Counted from the first letter of the stretch, positions 27,419 through 37,384 are shown. The stretch is DNA of 64,000 nucleotides from an uncultured Acidobacteriota bacterium (GCA_963749415.1 CAVVMG010000001.1:1806765-1870764); one strand, 5' to 3'. Notes: generated from the letters alone by a model not told the origin. Numbers and translations are program-made.

Positions 27419-28408
27419 TCAGAAGGGCTTGGCGGTCGGGCCCTTCCGCACGACCGCGTTCCATACCGTTTCGTAATGGTCACGGTCGAAGGGGTCGACA
27501 TGGGGGAGCACGAACTCTTCCCAGGTGGTGCGCAGGGGATCGGAGCGGTCGGTGTAGACGATGAGCCCCATAGGGATGCGGTCGAGGACCGAGCGCAGGG
27601 AGAGCGGGGTCTCTACGCGCACCCCGCTGTCCTGGGCCTCGAAGGAGGCGTTGACCTCCACCGCGAGCCGGGCGATCGCCTCGACATACTCCGGCTTCAA
27701 GCCGGGATAACGGCGGGTCAGCATGCTTTCCACCTGGTCCGAGCCGGGGAAGCTCTTTTCCCAGATCACCCAACGGTCGGCGAAGGCCTTGTTCAGGGTC
27801 TGGGTGCCGGCGTAATCCCTCAAGTCGGTGGGATTCATGGTTCCGAAGACCCTGACGTCGGGTCGGAGGGCGACGGTCTCACCGTTTGGGAGGTCGAGGG
27901 CGGAGTAGCGGTCGAGCAGGCCGTGCAGTGCGAACAGGGTCTCGGCCCCGGCGGCGTTCAACTCGGAGAGGTTGAGCAACGATGGGCCGCGCAGGGCCCT
28001 CGTGATATCCCCATCCTCCCATCGGCTCTCTGTCCCACCTTTGCCATCCCCGTGGAGCCGGGTGGATCCGATCAGTGTCACGTCGCGGACCTCACCTGTG
28101 AGTGGTATCCGGAAGTAGGGGAGGCCGAGAGCAGCGGCGAACTGCTCGATGTCGTGGTCTTTTCCGGTGCCCATGTGGCCTCGGACCGCGACATGCAGGG
28201 GCACCAGTCCCGGGGCATCCGAGCGTCGCGCGGCCTCGATCTGGGCGAAGCGGTAGAGCATCCCCAGGTCCACGTAGTAGGGATCGGCCTCGGGAATCTT
28301 GCGCGACCGCAGGTCTCGGTCCTCGACATCGTCAGGGACCTCGAACCTCTCCAATTCGATGGTCGGCCCCTCACCACCGGGGTCGACGAACGTCGCTGTG
28401 TCAGGCAA
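27419..28408 (-). CDS. AAA_5/MoxR-class ATPase (CobS/NorQ/CbbQ-like) with atypical Walker motifs
   Basis: 329 aa. P-loop GHMGTGKD, where Asp replaces the usual Ser/Thr. Walker B region LLNLSE. The sensor-1 VFGTMNP is typical of AAA_5. Overlaps the upstream VWA gene by 8 bp. Confidence 0.65.
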   Translation of the reverse strand: MPDTATFVDPGGEGPTIELERFEVPDDVEDRDLRSRKIPEADPYYVDLGMLYRFAQIEAARRSDAPGLVPLHVAVRGHMGTGKDHDIEQFAAALGLPYFRIPLTGEVRDVTLIGSTRLHGDGKGGTESRWEDGDITRALRGPSLLNLSELNAAGAETLFALHGLLDRYSALDLPNGETVALRPDVRVFGTMNPTDLRDYAGTQTLNKAFADRWVIWEKSFPGSDQVESMLTRRYPGLKPEYVEAIARLAVEVNASFEAQDSGVRVETPLSLRSVLDRIPMGLIVYTDRSDPLRTTWEEFVLPHVDPFDRDHYETVWNAVVRKGPTAKPF

Positions 28409-30491
28409 TCGATCTCTCCTGTCTCGAGTTGTGTTCGGAAGCTCGGATCCACCAGGTGTCCATGCCCCAGAGGGCCAGGCTGCGACGGAGTGCGCTCCGG
28501 GTCCCGTCGATCATGGCCTGCGCCAGACCCTCGGGTTGCTCGACGACCTCATGGCGGCGGTAGGCCAGATCTACGGTGTGGTCCCCGATTCCGAGCCCGA
28601 TAACGGTGGTCCCGCTGCCCTCGACCGCTCCCACCGAGCGGGCCAGGGCTTCTACCGAGCCCCGAGTCATCCCGTCGGCCAGGACCATGAGCACCCGCAC
28701 CTGGGCGCCGAGTCGCGCCATTCGCTCCGCGGCGTGGATGACGTTGAACTCGTCGACATTGGCCGCCTTCTCGAATAGCGACACCGGTGGCGAGCTTCTG
28801 GGTTCGCGTCTCGCCAAGGTGGCCGCCGCTCTCGGCTCGGCTGCGGTGTAGAAGAGGCCGGCGAGCGCGGGCTCCCCGTCCCTCCAGCGGCGTTCGAACG
28901 GCTTGACGACGTAGTGATTGACGGTGGATATCAAGCGCTCTGCTGCAGCCCCATGCGTTTGCCTCAGCCCGCCGGATGCCGCGGTCCTCCTTCGCCGGTA
29001 GCTGTCCTCGGTGTCGTCGGGGCGGGCGGCGAATCCCCGGTTGAACAGGGCGACCTCGAAGTCGATCTGGAGCTCGTCACAGAGGTGAGCCATCGTCCAC
29101 GCCCCGAGCAGTGCCGCCGGCATCGCCCATGAGGAGCGAGCGCCCGGCTCGCGCCGCGGGCTGAGCATGGATGCCGAGGCGTCGACCAAGAGGGAGACCG
29201 CATAGGTGCGGCGGACCCGGGCGGCCCTTCGCTCGTAGACGCGCTGATAGAGACCGGCCCCGATGAACAGCGCGGAATGGGGGGACACGTCACCCTGGTC
29301 GAACCCGGAGCGCAACCCGCGTCGCTGATTGGCCACGAAAAGCGGGAAGAGCTCACCGGATACCCGGCGCTGGGCCACCCCCCAGCGCCGCGACGAACTG
29401 CGGAGCGCCTCCACCCCCTCGGTCGAAAACTTGGCGAAGGAGGCGGGGATCGGGGTCACCAGCAGCTTGCCCCCCTGTCCTGTGGGGAGGTAGACGTCGG
29501 GGGCCTGGCTGACCCGGAGCAGTTGGTCGGTCGACTCGTCGTCGGCGATCTCGGAGGCGCCCTTCCGGTCTGAGGCGCCGGAGCGGGAATCGGCGGACCG
29601 CTTGGTGTCCTGGTAGGACTCGGCGTCGGCGAGGATCGGGGATGTCAGCCGGACCGCGTCCACTCCTTCCCCGGCCTTCTCCGCATCAGCCTCGGCTGCC
29701 AGCTGTTGCTTGGCATACGTCGAATTGGCCTGCGCCTCATTGATCAACCCGTGCGCTCGTGCGATTGCCTCCAATTCCAGTGCGAGCTGGGCCACCTCCC
29801 AGGGATCGTCGGCCTGCGCTGCGCTCTCACAGTGCTCGCTGGCATCGTCGAGGGCCAAGGCGGCGTGCGCCTCGAAGCGCTTCTCGAGCACCTCTCGATC
29901 CACGTAATCGCCGGTGAGCAGGAAACAGCCGAGGACGAACTGGCTGAGGGCCCCGGAGCGGCCTATGGCTTGTGCCAGCGACGATAGATAGAGGTCGGCG
30001 AGCACGGATCGCGCCCCCGGGTAGATGGAGAGGCCCTGTCTTTCCTGGCGGGCGTCTTCCAGCGAGAAGAAGAGCACTTCGGCAACCGGGCGGTTGGTCC
30101 GCTCCAGGGCGGCGAGCAGGTCGACCTTTCCGTCTGGGAGCGGGTCTCCCTCGATCGGCCAGCCTTCGGGAAGCTCCCGAACCTCGTCGAAGTTGGTCGA
30201 CACCAGGTGCATTACCTCGTGAAGGGCCGATGCGATGGCCACCTCGTCGGGAGTCACCGGGGCGTTGCGCAGGTAGGCGGCCTGGAAGATCCGGGGGTCG
30301 CACACGACTTCGTCGGTCGAAGCGGAGGCCTCCGAGCCGAGCCGGACCCGCAAATTCGGGTTCTTGGAGAGGGATCGGGCGAACCTGGTGACCGCCGGCG
30401 CTACCCGCTGATATCGGCTGACCACGGCCTCGATTGCCTGGTCCTCGGGCCGGATCAGGTCACTGAGAAAGGTCTGGTCGCGTCCGCGCAT
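28401..30491 (-). CDS. VWA-domain protein (CobT/NorD-like), 696 aa, with an N-terminal HExxH motif and an acidic central low-complexity region
   Basis: C-terminal VWA with a MIDAS-like DASASM...LADG motif. The N-terminal region contains ALHEVMH. A charged, acidic stretch (about residues 230-320) resembles the CobT acidic linker. Confidence 0.65.
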   Translation of the reverse strand: MRGRDQTFLSDLIRPEDQAIEAVVSRYQRVAPAVTRFARSLSKNPNLRVRLGSEASASTDEVVCDPRIFQAAYLRNAPVTPDEVAIASALHEVMHLVSTNFDEVRELPEGWPIEGDPLPDGKVDLLAALERTNRPVAEVLFFSLEDARQERQGLSIYPGARSVLADLYLSSLAQAIGRSGALSQFVLGCFLLTGDYVDREVLEKRFEAHAALALDDASEHCESAAQADDPWEVAQLALELEAIARAHGLINEAQANSTYAKQQLAAEADAEKAGEGVDAVRLTSPILADAESYQDTKRSADSRSGASDRKGASEIADDESTDQLLRVSQAPDVYLPTGQGGKLLVTPIPASFAKFSTEGVEALRSSSRRWGVAQRRVSGELFPLFVANQRRGLRSGFDQGDVSPHSALFIGAGLYQRVYERRAARVRRTYAVSLLVDASASMLSPRREPGARSSWAMPAALLGAWTMAHLCDELQIDFEVALFNRGFAARPDDTEDSYRRRRTAASGGLRQTHGAAAERLISTVNHYVVKPFERRWRDGEPALAGLFYTAAEPRAAATLARREPRSSPPVSLFEKAANVDEFNVIHAAERMARLGAQVRVLMVLADGMTRGSVEALARSVGAVEGSGTTVIGLGIGDHTVDLAYRRHEVVEQPEGLAQAMIDGTRSALRRSLALWGMDTWWIRASEHNSRQERSIA

Positions 30492-30599
30492 AGCTGGTCA
30501 TTGTCTCATTAGTGTCAAACTGCGCCGGCGGCGAAGCTCGACACACCCCCGGCCCAGGGCATATGGCTGTATGGGCTGCAGGCCCATACACTCCCGCCG

Positions 30600-31853
30600 G
30601 TGCATTACGACCTGACAACCCTCCCCAACGGGCTCCGTGTCATAACCGAGCCGATGCCCTCAGTCCGCTCTATCGCTCTCGGATGCTGGGTGGACACCGG
30701 CTCCCGCGACGAGCTCCCCAACGAGCATGGCGCCTCTCATTTCCTCGAACACCTCCTGTTCAAGGGCTCGGAGAAGCTCTCGGCACGGCAGGTGTCGGAG
30801 ATCTTCGACTCCATCGGAGCCGAGTCCAATGCCTTCACCTCGAAGGAGAACACGTGTTACTGGACTCGGCTCCTGGATCAGGACCTGGAGACCGGGTTCG
30901 ATGTCCTCTCCGAGATGATCCAGCGCCCGGCGTTCCGTCAGAACGAGATCGACGCCGAGCGCCAGGTGGTGGTCGAGGAGATCAACATGAACGAGGACGA
31001 CCCCGATGATGTGGCCTTCGAGAACTTCAGCATGGCCGCGTTCGCCGGTCATCCCCTGGAAGCCCCGGTGCTGGGAACGAGGGACTCGATCAGGGCCATG
31101 TCGCGAGATGACATCAACGGCTACTGGAAGCGCCGCTACGGGGCCGGGTCCCTGGTGGTGGCGGCCGCAGGTTCCGTGGAGCACCAGGCGCTGGTCGACC
31201 TGGTGGCGTCACAATTCGGCGAATGGTCGGGGGAAACCGTCGATCACGAGCATGGGCCGGTGGAGCCGGTGGCCACCGTTTCCATCACCCGGCGGGACAC
31301 CGAGCAGGCTCACGTGGTCATGGGAGGGAAAGGGCTCAACCGTTCCGATGAGCGTCGGTGGGCGTTCGAGGTGATGAATCACGTGATGGGCTCGGGGATG
31401 TCCTCCCGCCTGTTCCGAGAGGTCAGAGAGGAGAGGGGCCTCGCCTATGCGGTCTACGGGTTCCGGCTGGCCTACGCCGACGCCGGGGCGTGGGGTGTGT
31501 ACGTGGGGACCACTCCGAGTCAGGCCGATACGGCACTCACCGTCATCCGTGACGAGCTGGCGAAGGTCGTGGCCGAGGGAATCACCGAGGACGAGTTGGA
31601 GCGTGCCAAGGGATCGATGCGTGGCGGCCTCGCTCTCTCATTGGAGGACCCGAACAGCAGGATGGTTCGCCTCGGTAGGGACGAGCTTTCGGGTATGCCT
31701 CACCTGTCCGTCGACGAGCGCTTGGAGAAGCTGGAGGCCGTGACCCTCGAGGACGTGCAGTCGATAGCCACAGATCTGTTCACGGGGGAGAGAGTGATCG
31801 GGGCGGTTGGCCCCTTCGACGAGTCCGACCTCGCGCCGTATCTCGCGGCTTAG
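30600..31853 (+). CDS. M16 family zinc peptidase (insulinase/pitrilysin-like)
   Basis: Inverted zinc motif HFLEH...E at the N-terminus, then M16 N- and C-domains. Confidence 0.85.
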   Translation: MHYDLTTLPNGLRVITEPMPSVRSIALGCWVDTGSRDELPNEHGASHFLEHLLFKGSEKLSARQVSEIFDSIGAESNAFTSKENTCYWTRLLDQDLETGFDVLSEMIQRPAFRQNEIDAERQVVVEEINMNEDDPDDVAFENFSMAAFAGHPLEAPVLGTRDSIRAMSRDDINGYWKRRYGAGSLVVAAAGSVEHQALVDLVASQFGEWSGETVDHEHGPVEPVATVSITRRDTEQAHVVMGGKGLNRSDERRWAFEVMNHVMGSGMSSRLFREVREERGLAYAVYGFRLAYADAGAWGVYVGTTPSQADTALTVIRDELAKVVAEGITEDELERAKGSMRGGLALSLEDPNSRMVRLGRDELSGMPHLSVDERLEKLEAVTLEDVQSIATDLFTGERVIGAVGPFDESDLAPYLAA

Positions 31854-31861
31854 CGGGCCGC

Positions 31862-32212
31862 TCAACCGGCGATATCGAAGGAGAGGGTCATCGGCTTCTC
31901 GCCGAATTGGATGATTCCGGCGTCACCGCCGTTTTCGAGCCGCTCCATCATCATGGCGCCGCCGAGCTCGTTCTCGCCGTTCGACGAGGGCCATCCCTGG
32001 ACCACATAGCCGGTGACCGTTCCGGAGAGGGCGGACCAGAGGACAGACTCGTTGCCCTGGATCAGTTCGATCAGATCGGCGGCACCGCCTGTCGGCCGGA
32101 GATCCGAGCCCGGTCGCGGGGCCGAGAACACCGCGCCGGCGGTCACGGCGAATGCGGTGAGGGCCGCGACGATGACGAGGAGGGTGGACCTGGCGGCCGA
32201 CACGGTCTGCAT
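31862..32212 (-). CDS. Small secreted protein of unknown function (about 116 aa)
   Basis: Internal ATG start giving a classic signal peptide (MQTVSAARSTLLVIVAALTAFAVTAGA). The upstream part of the table ORF is Arg/Pro-rich and probably non-coding. Confidence 0.45.
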   Translation of the reverse strand: MQTVSAARSTLLVIVAALTAFAVTAGAVFSAPRPGSDLRPTGGAADLIELIQGNESVLWSALSGTVTGYVVQGWPSSNGENELGGAMMMERLENGGDAGIIQFGEKPMTLSFDIAG

Positions 32213-32244
32213 GGTCGCATCAAGGTACGAAATCCCCGGTATTT

Positions 32245-32619
32245 CTAAACGGTCAATTCGACTAACTGCGAAAGGACTAGTCCAAGGGCCAGGGAGACCA
32301 GGATCAGGGTCAGGGCAATGCCCAGCGGGCGCCGATGTCTGCGCTCCGCCCAGCGGGCGACCGCGAAGCCAAGGACCACCCAGAGCATGACGTCGAGGGG
32401 CCAGGCCACGATCACGGTCTCGGTGAAAACCCCGAACAGTGCCGAAACCGGGCCCCCGGCGTAGAGCAGGGTTAGGCCGACGGTCTCGCAGACGCCGCTG
32501 CAAGCCTCCCGATTGATGAGGGTGAGGCCCACGGCGAACATCACGATGCCAAACCCGAGGAGGAAGCCGGTCGTGATCGCGGCGTCGCGACACCCGGGCG
32601 GCTGGCTGGTGGTGGGCAC
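32245..32619 (-). CDS. Small integral membrane protein (3-4 TM segments)
   Basis: Hydrophobic helices (FLLGFGIVMFAVGLTL; VIVAWPLDVMLWVVLGFAVA; LGIALTLILVSLALGLVL). The start is uncertain. Confidence 0.45.
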   Translation of the reverse strand: MPTTSQPPGCRDAAITTGFLLGFGIVMFAVGLTLINREACSGVCETVGLTLLYAGGPVSALFGVFTETVIVAWPLDVMLWVVLGFAVARWAERRHRRPLGIALTLILVSLALGLVLSQLVELTV

Positions 32620-32694
32620 GAGGGCGGCGATGGTAAGCGGGACCTCGAGTCGCCCGATCCGATAGCGTGGCCTCGAGCAAGCAGAGGAGGAGCG

Positions 32695-33153
32695 TTGGAC
32701 CTGGGTGACATTTTGCTGGTCCTGCACATCGCCGGGGCCGCCACCTGGTTCGGGGCCAACATCGTCCAGGCGGTAGCTCCCCGCCGCGCGATCCAGCAGG
32801 GAAGCGCTGTTGCCGCCGGCTGGTACCGGCTGGCGGCCGGACTCTCCCGGAGCCTCTACATGCCGGCCGCGATCGTGATCCTGGCCACCGGGATCGCCCT
32901 GGTCCTCAACAGCGACGACGCCTACGGATTCGGCAGCACCTTCGTCATCATCGGGTTCACCGTGGTCGTGATCGGGGGTTTGCTCGGCTCCTTCGTCTTC
33001 GATCCCGGTTCACGCAAAGCCGCCGATGCCTTCGACGCCGGCGACGCCGCCGCGATCAAGGCGACCACCGGGCGACTCGCAGTCTTCGGGGTGGTCGACA
33101 CCTTGCTCATCCTGTTCACCATCACCGTGATGGTGCTCAAGCTGGGAGCCTGA
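32695..33153 (+). CDS. Integral membrane protein (4 TM, DUF2269-like)
   Basis: 152 aa with four predicted TM helices. Confidence 0.55.
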   Translation: MDLGDILLVLHIAGAATWFGANIVQAVAPRRAIQQGSAVAAGWYRLAAGLSRSLYMPAAIVILATGIALVLNSDDAYGFGSTFVIIGFTVVVIGGLLGSFVFDPGSRKAADAFDAGDAAAIKATTGRLAVFGVVDTLLILFTITVMVLKLGA

Positions 33154-33222
33154 CGCCGTCTCTCCCTCCAGCGAACGGAGTAAGCGTTGGGGGGAGTACC
33201 GCCGCAGGCGGGGTGGGGGGTC

Positions 33223-34923
33223 CTATTCGGCTCGCCCGGTGCGGACATCGGGTGCTCCCATCCGTGCCGCGTCCGCGGTGCGGTCATCGGGTTGGCGCTG
33301 TGAGTCCAGCTCCGCATCGACCCGCGCCAGGTAGTGCTCGACCTCCCGGGCCGCCTGGGCCGCATCCCAACCCAGCGGCCTGGACATGAGACCGGCCACG
33401 ATCGGCGCGGCAATCGCGCCCCGGTCCCGGGTCTCGATCGAGATCCGGGTTCGCCGGGTGAGCACGTCATCGAGGTGGAGCGCCCCCTCATGGGTGACGG
33501 CATGAACTACCTCGGCGGCGATGTACGGCATTTCGGGCACGACTCTGGCGCCGAGGGAGGGTTGTTCGGCCACCGCGGCCAGCACGTCATGGACACCGGT
33601 GCCGTGCCGTCCCAGGAGATGGGCCGTGGTCTCCTCGTCGAGCCCGAGTGACTGCCGGTCCTCCCACAACTCCTCGTAACCGTCGGCTCCGATCAACGGG
33701 AGGCTCTCGGTTTTCGACGGCATTCGCTTCAGGCCGAGGGCGGTGTCGATGGCATCCCTGGCCATAACCCGATAAGTCGTGTATTTGCCCCCTGCGATCG
33801 TGATCAACCCGGTCGGGGACTCGATGACGGCGTGTTCCCGCGTCAGCTTGCTGGTCTCATCCGACTCGCCCGCGAGCAAGGGTCGGAGCCCGGCGTAGAC
33901 CCCGACCACGTCTTCGTGCCGTATAGGAGAGGCGAGCACCGTGTTGACCTCGTGGAGCAGGTACTCGATGTCGGTCCGACAGGCGGCAGGGTGGGCGCGT
34001 CGCAGCTCCCATGGGGTGTCGGTGGTCCCTATCAGCCAGAACCGATGCCAGGGGATGACGAAGAGGACGCTGCCTTCGGTGCGCAGGATCAGGCCGGTCT
34101 CAGAGCGGATCCGGTCGCGGGGAACCACGAGATGGATTCCCTTGGAGGCGCGGACATCCTGGCCGTGGTCGCCGGCCATGGCTTGCAGATCGTCGCTCCA
34201 TACCCCACCCGCTGCCATCACCCTCCCGGCACGGACCTGGAATTCGATCCCGGTCTCCAGGTCCCTGGCCCGCACCCCGGTGACCCGCCCCTGCTCGATC
34301 ACGAGTCCCGTGGCCCGGGTGCTGGAGGCGACGGCAGCTCCGAGTGACGCCGCTGTCCTGGCCAGAGTCATCGTGTGCCGGGCGTCGTCGACCACGACAT
34401 CCCAGTAGAGGACGCCACCTTTCAGGGATCCGGGGGCGATCGCCGGCGCCATTTCCAGCGCTCCGTTGCGCGTCAGGTGGCGATGGCCGGGGAGGGGGTT
34501 TCCCATGGCTGCACCCAGCCGGTCGTAGAGGAAGATGCCGGTACCGACGTAAGCCCGTTCCCAGAGCCGGTGCTGTAGCGGATAGAGGAAGGACACCGGG
34601 GTGCAGAGATGGGGGCAGATCGTGGTGAACATCAGGTTCCGCTCGGTCAACGCCTCCCTCACCAGCCGGAAATTGCGATGTTCCAGATATCGCAAGCCCC
34701 CATGGAACAGCTTGCTGGAGCGGCTCGACGTGCCCGACGCGTAGTCCCGTTGCTCGATGAGCGCCACTGAGAGCCCGCGGGAGGCAGCGTCGAGAGCGAT
34801 CCCGCACCCGGTGACCCCGCCACCGATGACCGCGATGTCGAAGCGCCCGGTGGCCATGCGGGCAAGCGCGGCTGCCCGTTGCGTCACGTTGAGCCTGGAC
34901 GACGGATCGGGGCCGGTGATCAT
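33223..34923 (-). CDS. glpD: FAD-dependent glycerol-3-phosphate dehydrogenase
   Basis: FAD-binding FDIAVIGGGVTGCGIALDAASRGL and a GlpD catalytic region of about 570 aa. The start could be M1, M19 or M43 of the table ORF. Confidence 0.85.
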   Translation of the reverse strand: MITGPDPSSRLNVTQRAAALARMATGRFDIAVIGGGVTGCGIALDAASRGLSVALIEQRDYASGTSSRSSKLFHGGLRYLEHRNFRLVREALTERNLMFTTICPHLCTPVSFLYPLQHRLWERAYVGTGIFLYDRLGAAMGNPLPGHRHLTRNGALEMAPAIAPGSLKGGVLYWDVVVDDARHTMTLARTAASLGAAVASSTRATGLVIEQGRVTGVRARDLETGIEFQVRAGRVMAAGGVWSDDLQAMAGDHGQDVRASKGIHLVVPRDRIRSETGLILRTEGSVLFVIPWHRFWLIGTTDTPWELRRAHPAACRTDIEYLLHEVNTVLASPIRHEDVVGVYAGLRPLLAGESDETSKLTREHAVIESPTGLITIAGGKYTTYRVMARDAIDTALGLKRMPSKTESLPLIGADGYEELWEDRQSLGLDEETTAHLLGRHGTGVHDVLAAVAEQPSLGARVVPEMPYIAAEVVHAVTHEGALHLDDVLTRRTRISIETRDRGAIAAPIVAGLMSRPLGWDAAQAAREVEHYLARVDAELDSQRQPDDRTADAARMGAPDVRTGRAE

Positions 34924-34981
34924 CTCCTGAGGTTTAGCTGCTTCGAGCCGGATGCCCGGTGTCCGCAATACCATCACAAGC

Positions 34982-35905
34982 GTGGCGCGTCGGTTTCAGG
35001 TAGGGGTCCAGCTCCCCGAAGTGGAGCGGGAAGTGGGATGGCGGGAGATCCGTGATGTCGCTCGCACCGCGGAGGATGTCGGATTCGACTCCTTGTGGCT
35101 CGGTGACCATCTCCTCTACCGCGACCCGGTGCACGGCACTACTGGTCCCTGGGAGGCCTGGTCGCTCCTGGCGGCTTTGGCCGAGGCCACCGAGCAGGTG
35201 AGTTTGGGCCCCTTGGTGGCGTCGACCTCGTTTCATGCCCCGGCGATGCTGGCCAAGAAGGCGGCAACCGTCGACGAGATCTCAGGGGGACGACTCATCC
35301 TCGGCCTGGGCGCGGGCTGGAATCGGGCCGAATACCAGGCATTCGGGTTCCCGTTCGACCATCGCGTCGACCGATTCGAAGAGGCTTTCACCATCATCCG
35401 CTCCCTTCTCACCGATGGCCACGTGGACTTCGAGGGCCGCTATTACCAGGTGCAAGACGCGGAACTGGCCCCGAGGCCACGCCGCCAGATCCCGCTCCTG
35501 ATCGGCTCCAACGGTCCCCGGATGTTGGAGATCGCCCTTCCCCATGTCGCGATGTGGAACACCTGGCACTCCTCATACGGGAATCAGCTCGACCGGCTGC
35601 CTCCGCTGTTGGAGGAGATCGACCTGGCGAGCGCGGCCGCGGCCCGGGCGCCGGGCGAGGTGGAGAAGACGGCCGCGGTGTACATCCAGTTGCCCGGCGG
35701 CAGCGGGCGGGTCACCGGGCTCGGTGTCCTCGAGTCCGACATCGCCCACACCGGCCCTCGGGAGGATCTCGCCGAGCTCTTGTTGGCCCATTTCGCGGCA
35801 GGACTCGATCAGGTGCAACTGGTTCTCGACCCCATCGATGCCCGCTCTGTGGAGGAGATGGGCGAGGTGCTCCGCTTGATGCCTGATGAGCCTGGTCTCA
35901 ATTAG
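34982..35905 (+). CDS. LLM-class F420-dependent oxidoreductase
   Basis: Luciferase-like TIM barrel with characteristic blocks (FDSLWLGDHL, LGLGAGW). Proposed GTG start, which avoids an overlap with the divergent glpD. Confidence 0.75.
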   Translation: MARRFQVGVQLPEVEREVGWREIRDVARTAEDVGFDSLWLGDHLLYRDPVHGTTGPWEAWSLLAALAEATEQVSLGPLVASTSFHAPAMLAKKAATVDEISGGRLILGLGAGWNRAEYQAFGFPFDHRVDRFEEAFTIIRSLLTDGHVDFEGRYYQVQDAELAPRPRRQIPLLIGSNGPRMLEIALPHVAMWNTWHSSYGNQLDRLPPLLEEIDLASAAAARAPGEVEKTAAVYIQLPGGSGRVTGLGVLESDIAHTGPREDLAELLLAHFAAGLDQVQLVLDPIDARSVEEMGEVLRLMPDEPGLN

Positions 35906-35924
35906 GGTCGACGACGGAGGTGCC

Positions 35925-36551
35925 ATGAAGCTCACTACGTCCAGCTTTCGCAATGGTGGCCCGATCCCGGAGCGTTACGCCCTCGCAACCCCCGACCCCA
36001 ACACCAACGTGACCCTCGCCGACAACGTCAACCCCGAACTGAAATGGGATGAGGTCCCCGAAGGCACCCGGTCGTTTGCGCTCATCTGTCACGACCCTGA
36101 TGTCCCGTCACGGGGCGACGATGTGAACCAGGAGGACCGCGAGGTCCCCGCGGACCTGCCCCGGGTCGACTTCTTCCACTGGGTGGCCGTCGATTTCCCG
36201 CCAGAGCTCCGCTCGATAGGGGAGGGCGAGTTCTGCGTTGGGGTCACCCCCGGAGGGAAGATGGTGGCTTTTGGCCCCCATGGCTGCCGCCAGGGTGTAA
36301 ACGACTTCACCGGTTGGTTTGCAAGCGACCCCGACATGGCCGGCACCTATTACGGATATGACGGGCCGGCTCCTCCTTGGAACGACTCCCTGCTCCACCA
36401 CTATGTCTTCACGCTGTACGCCCTCGACATCGACGAGGTTCCGGTGCAGGGAGGGTTCACCGGTCCTCAGGTCAGGGAAGCGATCGAAGGGCACGTCCTC
36501 GCCGAAGCATCGATCACCGGGACCTATACCCAGAACCCGCGGCTTCTCTGA
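35925..36551 (+). CDS. YbhB/YbcL family Raf-kinase-inhibitor-like protein (PEBP)
   Basis: PEBP signature (DPDVP...HW). ATG with a GGAGG RBS. Confidence 0.75.
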   Translation: MKLTTSSFRNGGPIPERYALATPDPNTNVTLADNVNPELKWDEVPEGTRSFALICHDPDVPSRGDDVNQEDREVPADLPRVDFFHWVAVDFPPELRSIGEGEFCVGVTPGGKMVAFGPHGCRQGVNDFTGWFASDPDMAGTYYGYDGPAPPWNDSLLHHYVFTLYALDIDEVPVQGGFTGPQVREAIEGHVLAEASITGTYTQNPRLL

Positions 36552-36556
36552 CCGGT

Positions 36557-37384
36557 CAGGATCCGAGCGCAGGGAGGCGGGCCCGGTTCGGGCTCAGAGC
36601 CAGGACCCCGAAGAAGAGCACGATCGGAACGACTGCGATCGTCGCCGAGCCCGAGGTGTTGGCGTAGTAACTGATCACCAGGCCGGCGACCACAGAGAGG
36701 ATGCCGATTGCGACGGCGCGTGAGCATCATTGCCGGAACTCGCTTGACGAGGAGCGCGGCCGTGGCCGCAGGGCCGATCAGCAATCCGAACACGAGCAGG
36801 GTTCCCACAACGCGGAAGGAGCCCACGATCGACAGCGTGATCAGCGCTACCAGGGCGAGGTGAGCCACCCGGGGCCGCAGGCCGAGCAACTGCGCCTTGA
36901 GCTCGTTGAAGGAGAGGACGAGGAAGCTCCGATATAGGAGCGCCGAGGTGACGAGCACCACCCCGACCACGCCCACCAGCAGGGCCAGGTCGCTTGCGGT
37001 GACCCCCAAAGGATCGCCGAACAGGATTTCGGCCAGGTGCTCTGGGTCGGAGGACGGAACCAGCATCACCCCCAGTGCCAGCATGCCGACGAAGAGAAGG
37101 CCGATTCCGGTGTCCTCGGAGAGACGGGTCTGGCGGTGCACGTAATTGATCCCGGCGACCATCACCAGCGCGGCGAGAAGCGCGCCGAAGACAGCATCGA
37201 ACCCGACAATGGTGGCCAGGGCGATGCCCGGGATCACCCCGTGGACCAGGGCGTCGCCGAGGAATGTCATCCCCCTGATGACGACCCAACTGCCCACCAG
37301 GGCCAGGGCTACGGCGGCGAGAGCTCCACCCACGAGTGCGCGCTGCTGGGCTGCCAGTGCGAACGGCTCGGTCAGCCAGTCCAT
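36557..37384 (-). CDS. znuB: ABC-3 metal (Zn/Mn) transporter permease (ZnuB/MntB-like), with an apparent 1-bp frameshift near 36700
   Basis: The N-terminal 225 aa are a typical ABC-3 permease. After ...PAMMLTR the table ORF runs into Arg-rich nonsense, while the -1 frame gives the expected C-terminus AVAIGILSVVAGLVISYYANTSGSATIAVVPIVLFFGVLALSPN ending at 36557. Confidence 0.7.
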
